From assembly GCA_021613535.1 (NCBI GenBank), contig CP075497.1, forward strand, positions 3,038,001 through 3,102,000: 64,000 bases of DNA. The letters run 5' to 3'. Below the pieces are notes generated by a model. The model was given only the letters and a program-made list of their open reading frames with translations. It made no database searches and had not been told where the DNA came from. Position 1 is the first letter of the stretch; each line of letters begins with the position of its first letter. The position numbers were made by a program, and so were the translations under genes. Below are positions 55,680-64,000 of this stretch, piece by piece. This DNA comes from Adineta vaga (Eukaryota; Animalia; Rotifera).

Positions 55680-56840
55680 CTTGTGTATCGTACCACGATT
55701 TGAAAAAGTTATTTTTTTATTTTTTTTTTCGATAGAAAGCTCTAAACGCTCTAGAAAACGTTGTTCATCGGAAAAAAGAAACCTTTTCCATTCAAATCCT
55801 GTACTTCTAGGTCGTTTTCTGGGAATATGTACATATACGTTTCATATACTAGTTTCCATACCAGTGATGACCTATAAAATATTTGAATCAGCTATTTTTA
55901 TCTTGAAGGTGTAGAGTGAACTTGGAGTCGGGTGTAGTCAAGCGGAGTTAGGTTGAGTCATGCAATCACAGAGTCTGCTGTTTTCCCCTTGGATTTAATT
56001 ACTTGAATAATAGAGGAGAAATCTTGAAAGTACTGAGAGGTCCATTTTTCTGGGACACTCGTTAGTTTAATATTCTTCCCATTCCCAGGAATGGAACGGG
56101 GAACGATGACACCCCTAATCTATCGGTATCTATGAGGGTTCACCAGATTTGTGAATATCCATAAAGATCCGAAAACTTTATGGCAATTATGGTTTGCTTT
56201 TCTCTCTTTTAAATTTCTCAGATAAAAGAGCTAAATCTAATGATAATCGTTCAATTTTTACTATCTTTTCTTTACTTTACGTTATATTTATCCTCCTTAA
56301 TTCTCTCGTTAAGGGGGCCCCCCCTCCTTAGAAAAACCGAATTTTTTGAAAAAAATAGAAATTGAGTTTTTTACATAGAAAGATGCGCCGAAGCTTCCTC
56401 TTTCCGAATATATGTAGATTTTTCAAAAACGATCAAGTTTTCACAGATATATCGGCAAAACTTCGACACTACTCCGACGTTTTCCGTGAAATTTTCATGT
56501 TTTTTCAAAATTTTTGCAATTATGAGAAAACTGTTACCGCATGAGTCTGTGTTGAATAAAATGTCTTTCCATTTATCACTCAGCACTTACTAACACTCAA
56601 GGCCAATGTTATATGTTTATAGGTTATCATTAATACTGAACATTTGAAGTTTAAGTTTATCGTATAGGAATCTATTCGCAAAAACTTGAAAGTTTTTCAA
56701 AACCAGATTATTAAGCTGTTCTGAAATATTTCGTTAATCTGATGTTAATCGATTGTATTGCTGTTCTTTTTATAGAAACTATATGTTCTTGAGACAGTTA
56801 TAAGAAATGAGCAGTAACTTGAAAAGAATTGGAAAAAACG
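55680..56840. mobile_element. Cluster of DNA-transposon terminal fragments
   Basis: GTCTGCTGTTTTCCCCTTG (~55973-55991) resembles the boundary TIR. TTTTCTGGGACACTCGTTA (~56046-56064) is Tc1/mariner-like. GATGACACCCCTA (~56105-56117) is the reverse complement of a TAGGGGTG hAT-like end. TTAA-GGGGGCCCCCCC (56309-56324) is Kolobok-like. Each is a single end. Confidence 0.4.
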
Positions 56841-56963
56841 TACTAGATACGAAAAAGCTCACCAAATGTTTGTAGATTGAAAATAACGTCTGGTTTTTTG
56901 GAAAACGTTTTATCATCAATGTCTGATGGATATAAACATCGGATAATTTGCTTTACTAATGGA

Positions 56964-57079
56964 GGTGAGTGAGTGTGGGTGTGGGTGAGGGTGGGTGTGG
57001 ATGTGTTTCTTCTTCTCTCACACCCACCCACACCCACCCACACCCACCCACACCCACCCACACCCACCCACACCCACCC
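56964..57079. repeat. Head-to-head telomere-like G-rich/C-rich repeat
   Basis: GTGAGTGTGGGTGTGGGTGAGGGTGGGTGTGG, a ~19-nt spacer, then about 6 x (CACCCACCCA). Confidence 0.85.
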
Positions 57080-57151
57080 TTCTTTCAATTTATATGCCTC
57101 ATTTACGAACATTACGTCTTTGGCGATCAGATGATTTTCCATGGACATCGA
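57079..57151 (+). pseudogene. Isolated C-terminal fragment of an F-box/LRR-family gene
   Basis: LLSIYMPHLRTLRLWRSDDFPWTS followed by a GTATGT donor. LRR-like LxxLxL pattern. It abuts the C-rich repeat directly. Confidence 0.5.
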
Positions 57152-57599
57152 GTATGTACAGATTTGTCTTATATAATAATCTCTTAAATAATACAATCGA
57201 AATAAAAATATTTTTCTATTTGAATTTCTTTGAAAACTTGTTTTATCGAACAATTCAATTAAAAAAATGACGTAAAAATGTCTAATAACTATATGGTCAA
57301 ATAGGAAAACTAAAGCGCTGTCTTTGATTTAGTTTCGATGTATAATGATCTTGAACTTTTTATATTTATCTTACAGGGCAAATTAAAATAATTTTCATTT
57401 TTTTCTTCTTTATTTTTTAGCAAAATCTTAAGTTCTTAACTTTCACGATTACAAGATCGAAAATAAGAGTGATTATGATAGTCAAAATGAAGCTGTGGGC
57501 AAGGACAAAAGCTAAACGATCTCCTACATCCTCATCTTCATGATCTGCTCTATTCACATTTCTCACTCTCATATTCACTCTTATGGAATATTTTTTTGT

Positions 57600-58524
57600 A
57601 AGAGAACTTCTAACGTGTTTGTAGTTATCATCAAATTTGATTTTCTTCAATTTTTTCTAATAATTATTTGTTCATTCATATTATTATAAATTTTTTATTT
57701 ATAATTTCATTTTATTATTTTTTTCCAAAGTTCGACCAATTTATCCACCGTCAAGAATAGTTTTTTCACAAACTATGATGCTACGATGGTGTAAATCTCT
57801 TCAAACATCTGATTCAATAAGTAAGGATAAATAGATTTATAAAATAAAATAAAAGTATAAAATATTTCGTTTTGTTTAAGATCAACATGTGTTTGTTTTT
57901 CAACATGACCTAAATGAATTATTTGAACAATTAAATAAATTGGTTTTTCTGGAAATTCTTGGTGAAATTCATGAAGAAAAGATTGAACCTTATCGTTCAA
58001 TGGTACAAAGAAATTTTCCAAATAGTCAATGTCATATTGATATCTCAAGATTTCGTCTTTGGATTTAATTTTATTAAATAATGTTAAATTTTCATTTGTG
58101 AAGAAATATTTCACTTACTTTCCTTCAATAGACAATAAATTTCATTTCAAACTAAAAAATATTTACTCATTGAGGGTGAGGGTGCATGTTATATATATTC
58201 AATTCCATATGATTTCGAGTATTTTCATTTGGATGATTCATTTCAAGGTGACGATGCATTTCACAAAGTTCGACACTTAAATAAGAATGATAAATTTGAT
58301 GTTATTTTTGACATAATATGTTCTAATAAGTCTTTTAATATTGCGAACAAGTCTATAGTTTCGTTCAATGAATAATCACTATGATATAAGTATCCAAATT
58401 TTGTATCTTTATACATTCCATCAATCAGAAAGACAAGACAAGCATGGACAGTATCTGTTGTGATTGTATGTAATGTAACACCTGAAGAACCCATTTTAAC
58501 ATGTACATTCTTGTTCGTCGTGTC
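57600..58524 (-). pseudogene. Degraded ORF with CheD/NTAN1-like (Cys-His deamidase fold) N-terminal motif
   Basis: The exon after the AG acceptor (~58525) reads DTTNKNVHVKMGSSGVTLHTITTDTVHACLVFLIDG..FGYLYHSD. Frameshift near 58280 and stops downstream (57773). Confidence 0.45.
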
Positions 58525-58628
58525 CTAAAAGAAATATAAAAATAATTTTCTCATTGATTAACTCATTCAAATTATTTTTCTTGAATAAATCGTTGAAATT
58601 ACGATCATTTATTAAGTAAGACACATAC

Positions 58629-61385
58629 TGCAGATGTTGTTGTTGTTGAAAGCGGACGCTTTTTTCTTAATTGTTCTTCATCATCTGATAAATTACTTGA
58701 TGATCGATCTATTAATTTTGTTTTTAAATAATTTATCTAAATAATACGAGAAAAATCGATTAAATTAAATCTTAAGAAAAAAAAATCAAATCAAACCTTT
58801 TCATGTTTTTCTTTCGCAACACATGAAGAAATAATTAAAACAACTGGATGTAGAAAAAGATCAGGAAATGATTGAGCACGAAGTTCAAAAACACGTAATT
58901 GTAATTTATCATCGAAATCATTGATACCTAATAACCAATAATTTGTTAAATTATTTTTTTCAGCCTAAATTAGAGAATAATTCATTATTTTCTTTTTCTC
59001 TTTATAAAAAGAAAAACGAACTTTTTCTTTAAGATTTAATATGAATAATGATTCTAATTGATTTTCATTCATATGTCGAAGCATACTGAGATGTCCAGTT
59101 GTTTCTAAATAATAACATTTTCCACTATCAGAAAATCTAAATAGAATTAAAATTTGAAGAAATAATTCGAAAAAACTTCAATAAACAAACCCCATCCAAG
59201 ATAATTTTGTGTTAAATCTTAATGCTAATGGACCAGTTAAAGTATGATCATTTTTAATATCCAATAAAATAGAAAACATTGCTTGTTCATTTTGAAGATC
59301 TAAACAAAAAAACGATTTCTTTTCAATAATCAATTTCTTTAAAAAAAATTTAAAAATACCTCCTGTTATTGAATGATGAATAATCCATAGTTGATTATGA
59401 AAGATAGATATTGAAACAATTGGACCTTGAAGATGAATAGATCGTTGTTGAATACCAGATAAATTCATTATTTGAATACATCTTTGTGTTGTAGCAACAA
59501 CGAGAAAATCTTCACATAAACTAACTAATTCAATTTTGTCATTATTTTCTGTATTCATTGTCCATCGATTCATATTTGAATCTGATGATTGGTATAAAAT
59601 ACAAGATAATTTTCCTGTTTGTGATGAAGCAAGTACAATTGCTAACGAAGATAAATCACCAACTGTATATTGATCTATTTTATTATCAATTGTTATTGAA
59701 TGATGAGACGATGTATCATGAAATGAAATTTTAATTTGTTCGTTATGACAAGTAATCGCACCAATATTATTCCAACGAAGAAAGCGATTTTCAAGATATT
59801 TTGATGTTGATGTTGATTGAAATGCTTCTTGTACTTCAATTAGTTTTGTTTCGGTAGTCATTGATGATTTACGGTCAAACGATTTGGGAATTACATCTTT
59901 ATATTCATGAACTACCTCCTCATCATTGGAAATCGATTGAGAATCTAAAACAATTATTTTTAATATGAAAGAAAAAAGCATTGAATTGAATTACCTTCAT
60001 TATGCGTTGTTATTTTGTCAATTTTTGGTGCAAAATTAAATTTATGTGATGATGTTGATGTTCGTTTTGAAAGATATTCAGATACATTAACATGAGCATA
60101 TTCACCCTCAAATAAATAATTGTTATAAATGAAATAAAGAAAAAGATATGAAAAATTACAGCCGTTGTTACACATGTGAATCGATATGTTTATATTGGAT
60201 TCCATGCTAATGAACAAACAGAATGTTTTGATGAATAACTACAAAGAAAAAAAACAGGTCTTTTCTTCTTCTTTTTCTTTTTCTTACGTTATACAAATAT
60301 CTAATGTTTGACGATTAGGAATAGACAATTGTCCATTAACATAAGATACAATCAATAACATTCCACATGGTGAATAATTTATTAAATGAATTATCTAAAA
60401 TAAACCAAAAGATTTTCGTACAGATCATTTGATTAAAAACAAAACAAAAACTAACTACATCATTTGTATTATTTTGATATGTTTTCTTTCGTGTCCATTT
60501 GTCACATTCATAAAATTCAATTGTATCTTTTACCGGAATTGTCAATAACTATACGAATATTACAAAGAAGTTTTTTTTTCTTCAAAGATAATCATGAATA
60601 AATATTTACTTGATCAATTTTATTCTAGTCGAATTTTATGAGAGAAAATGTCATTCTAAATAATATTGATTACTTAGGAAAATAAAAAGAAATCTTCATT
60701 GAAGAATTTACTCAATATGATAGGATTTTTGTACAAGATTTAATTGTTTAATTAATGTTTGTTTATCAATATTAAATATTCGAATTGAACCATTACAACA
60801 TGATGTTGCGTAAAAACAATAAATTTCTTGTTTTTTTTTCTTCATTTAAAAGATTCTCTTACCAGCCATTGTTTATCTTCATAAACATTCAATGAAAGAA
60901 TTGATGCTTGATGACCATCGAAATATTTCATTGTGTTTGAATCATCATTTAAATTCATCATAACAACTTTAAAATCTCTTGTACCAAGAAATAATAAAGA
61001 ATTTGATAAGCAAAGTGATGAAACTGGTTGAGTAAAATGAACAAGACTTGGCAATGAATTACCATGTGGATATGAACGAACTTCAAGTTCATTTCGATTT
61101 GTTCCAACAAAAATATAAGATTCCTTTGAGAAAAGAATAATATTCAAAAAGCAAATTCTTTTATTTTCAATAACTCACATGAACAGTTAAACAATGACAT
61201 CGTTCAGCGCATCGAATATGTTCAACTTCATCAGTTTTAGTATTAAATATATGAATATTCCCATCTTGTCCACAAGTTAGAAAATGACTGAAAAAAAAAG
61301 AATTTTACATAATAAACCTTCCATCTTTGGTATAACAAACATCCGTAAGACCAGCTACGGAAGGAGTCGATACAATAGATAACAT
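58629..61385 (-). pseudogene. WDHD1: WDHD1/AND-1/CTF4-like copy (WD40 plus SepB propeller), disrupted and C-terminally truncated
   Basis: GLTDVCY..G..FLTCGQDG, LVHFTQPV, LGTRDFKV, GHQASILSL and SepB QEAFQSTST..RFLRWNNIG..ISFHDTSSHH..LSWMGFSDSG..NYWLLG. In-frame TAA at 60190-60192 (AWNPI*), a damaged exon near 60610-60675, and no C-terminal helical/HMG region seen. Confidence 0.82.
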
Positions 61386-61943
61386 TCGAATTGTATAAAG
61401 TAGAACTAAAATTAAAAAGTAATAATAAAATTAGTTGAAATAATTCTTCTATGGTTTGAATAAAGTGGGAAAAAAAGAAAAAAAAAGAAATGTTTCTTAG
61501 TATTCGTATCTATTCGTTTCTCAGTCACGTCTCTTTAGGAAGAAAGAAAGAAGTAGATTCGCGTAAGTACGAACTTCTTTCGTTCTTCTTCTCTATAATC
61601 TTTATAGTAAAGAAACGTAAATATATTTCTGAATGAATGAAAACGTTTTCCTAATATAAATTGTCGTCTGATCGCGATGAATACGATTTGTACTATAGAA
61701 AATTATTGTTGTTTTTTTTTCATATGAAATATTCGTTCATTGTTGATAATCATCAAATTTTTCCTATAACTAATAAAAAATAAAACATTTTAAATTACAA
61801 AATCATTCGATAATTTTTTCTTCTTGACAAAATTAATAATGAATTTTATTCTTAAATTTCACAAGAAAAATAGAAAAAATGTTAAATCTTAGAGTTGAAT
61901 TGGCTATACAAATATTATGTTATAAAAATAAATGCAGAAACTT

Positions 61944-62109
61944 CAAGGGGGTAAGTGCAGGCATCCAGCACCCAAAATCAGGGTTAGATGCTGAATGGAT
62001 GCTGAGATGCTGAACGGATGCCAAGTGGATGCCGAGTGGATACCGAGATGCTGAACGGATGCCAAGATGCCCGACAGGTGCTGAGATCTGGTCTGCACTT
62101 ACCCCCTTG
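61944..62109 (+). mobile_element. MITE-sized copy (166 bp) of the same TIR element
   Basis: Same 17-bp TIRs, same orientation and same GGATGC repeats as 47678-50619. Confidence 0.93.
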
Positions 62110-62512
62110 AAATAAAGATTTGACTGATGATGAAAATGATATGACAATTGTAATTGAATAATCTTCGATGAATGTAGAAAACAATGAAAAGTAAACGAGA
62201 TATTCCTTGAATAGCATATGAATAGGATACCATATTGAGAAATGTATAATTGAGATATGCGATAATTCGACACTACCAATCGGTTAAAATCGTTTCTGTA
62301 TAGAGAAAATAAATATTAATCGTTGTTATAATTAGATAAAGAATTGTAGATAAACATGTATTACATACAAGAAGATTAGCTGGTAGATAGATAATTTTAC
62401 TGAGAGAAATTAAAGTAATAATAAAAATAGAGAGAAATATGGAAATTAATACGGCGATAATAAAAACAGCAAAGACAATTTTCATGTCGACGTAACTATT
62501 CAATCGATCCAT
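62110..62512 (-). pseudogene. 5' half (TM1-TM4) of the split 7TM/GPCR gene
   Basis: MDRLNSYV..ANLLVCNTCLS..TDW*CRIIAYL..YSYAIQGISRLLFIVFY..ISQIFI(S). One in-frame TAG at 62273-62275. Joins the 47669-47149 half in frame. Confidence 0.88.
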
Positions 62513-62940
62513 CTTTCAACGAAGAAAATAATGTCGTATTTTCATTACAATAAAACTGATTAATCACGAACAAAATAATGTTTTGAACATAACTGAATAT
62601 TCTTACGGTAAAATGATATGTTGACTTTATATTAATAGTGTTTTACTTTCATTTCGGATTTAAATCAATATCGGAATGTATTCAATAATGAAAGAGAATG
62701 TGTTTTTCTTTCACACAAATAAACTAAGTCATGATCTACTTGTTATGAACTGTTTTTTCTTACTGTTCAGTATCAAATTAAATATATCGTTCGATCGTGT
62801 TCATGTGAATTTTATCCATTTCTGTTCTACTAAAATCGAAATAGAGATTCGCAATATCTTATTGGTTATTTTCATATCTTTTGTTGTAACTAATTGTTTA
62901 GATTTAGACGTAATGTACTAAACAACATTCATATTCGAAA

Positions 62941-63510
62941 ATGAACATACATAATAACAATACATCATCCAAATCTGAACAATCTATCGAAGACGATCTA
63001 TTCATTGTGAATATGTCCGATGAAGTTACTATTAATATATCCGATGAAGAGGCATCTTTCGCACTTTTTGAACAAAATAAAACGATATATGAACTGGAAG
63101 ATGTTTCTACGGAAGATGACGAACAAAAATCATTACCAAATATACCATTTATAAAATTAGTTAAGGATAAACTTTGTTCAATATGTAATATCGATTTAAA
63201 CTTCTGTCCGCATTCAAATTTAACTCCATCTCAACGAAGCAATCGAAGAAAACGATCACGAAGATATTATTTTCAAGTTACTCGTACAATTTATGAACAA
63301 TTTACTATTACACATATCAAGCGAATATTAATTTGTATGAATATCTATTGGGTGAACATTAATGTAGTTAGAAATACTTTATATATCGGACTGAAAGATG
63401 ATCAGATTCGTCAACAAGTAGAAACTTTATTGCACAAAAAAGTGTTTACCAAAGAACATTATCAACGAATTCAAGCAAAAGATTCTCGTTTAGAAATATT
63501 ACGTCATTAA
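62941..63510 (+). CDS. Intronless hypothetical protein (acidic N-terminus, CxxC-x5-C-x-H, basic C-terminal domain)
   Basis: 189-aa ORF with CSICNIDLNFCPH followed by RSNRRKRSRRYYF. Confidence 0.55.
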   Translation: MNIHNNNTSSKSEQSIEDDLFIVNMSDEVTINISDEEASFALFEQNKTIYELEDVSTEDDEQKSLPNIPFIKLVKDKLCSICNIDLNFCPHSNLTPSQRSNRRKRSRRYYFQVTRTIYEQFTITHIKRILICMNIYWVNINVVRNTLYIGLKDDQIRQQVETLLHKKVFTKEHYQRIQAKDSRLEILRH

Positions 63511-63740
63511 CTGCTTTTTCAGGTTTCTTTGTAACGTTATATGTATAAATAAAATATCGATTCGTTTGTTAGAGACCTCTTTTGGTGTTTGAACTAATAT
63601 ACGAAGGTTTTGACTGGTCAAATTGAAACACTTTGTTCTGACCAATCGGGTGATCGATATAAAAAAAGATGGTTAAAACGACTAGAAGATATAAATTCGA
63701 TTTTAAAAGTAAAAAAAGAACTGCTTGCATAGATTTCAAG

Positions 63741-64000
63741 ATGCCAACAGTATTGTTAATTGATTGTTCGTTGGGGATGGCGGAACGTCTCTCATTTGTA
63801 ATCAAACAAGGAGATAATATGGAAACTACGATGAATATTGAAAAACGTAGTTTAATTGCGAAAATAATCGAATCATTAATGATCAATGATAATACTCCAA
63901 CAAAACTTGAAACGATGGCTGTTGTAAGTATTTTGTCTTTATCTGAATGAAGATAACTCATGTGGTAGTGTACTTAATAGGTATTATTTGCCGGTGAAGA
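63741..64000 (+). CDS. INTS14: Integrator complex subunit 14 (VWA9), 5' end; runs off the window
   Basis: MPTVLLIDCSLGM...KRSL...TKLETMAV followed by a GTAAGT donor at ~63924. Matches the INTS14 N-terminus pattern MPTVVVMDVSLSM...KLEFTAL. Confidence 0.75.

Larger units (their letters stand above)
47678..62109. mobile_element. Composite/cointegrate-like insertion, 14,432 bp, bounded by directly repeated TIR elements
   Basis: Perfect 8-bp direct repeat AAATAAAG at 47670-47677 and 62110-62117. Removing the insert and one repeat restores the GPCR reading frame. Confidence 0.92.

Noticed and set aside
56843-57270. ORFs 56843-57253, 56969-57187 and 56995-57270
   Set aside because: They are mostly translations of the G/C-rich repeat (WVWVGVGG, HTHPHPPT). 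Only the short F-box-family fragment is credible.
58171-58184. TGAGGGTGAGGGTG as an interstitial telomere
   Set aside because: Only two units, and explained as His-Pro-His-Pro codons in the degraded minus-strand ORF.
61920-62279. ORFs 61920-62279 and 61984-62217
   Set aside because: They are off-frame readings of the GPCR 5' half running into the MITE.

Overview
AT-rich eukaryotic DNA with many short (about 40-70 nt) GT-AG introns. Composition, gene structure and gene families point to a bdelloid rotifer (Adineta/Rotaria-like); this is an inference. Positions 1-47 kb are gene-dense: an orphan gene, two tandem LRR-transmembrane paralogs, NOP10, SMC6, an astacin, a SOS1/NHX7-type Na+/H+ antiporter lacking a voltage sensor, a long SKT/SRCIN1-family gene with alternative first exons, a thioredoxin-fold protein without CXXC, a 323-aa 'mini-TopBP1' (BRCT6-like domain plus ATR-activation motif only), C6orf120, PSMB4 and lethal giant larvae. 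The main structural finding is a 14,432-bp insertion (47678-62109) that splits a 7TM receptor gene in two. It is bounded by two directly repeated copies of a 17-bp-TIR DNA transposon. The outer flanks carry one 8-bp duplication (AAATAAAG). The inner flanks carry a second, permuted one (GGAAACTT/AGAAACTT). This is the geometry of a cointegrate, expected if an ~11.3-kb circular DNA was integrated through a transposon. The cargo holds decayed genes (HExxH-like, F-box/LRR, a WDHD1/CTF4 copy joined to a CheD/NTAN1-like domain), transposon debris and a head-to-head telomere-like repeat. INTS14 starts at the right edge. All protein identifications are by motif recognition, without database searches.
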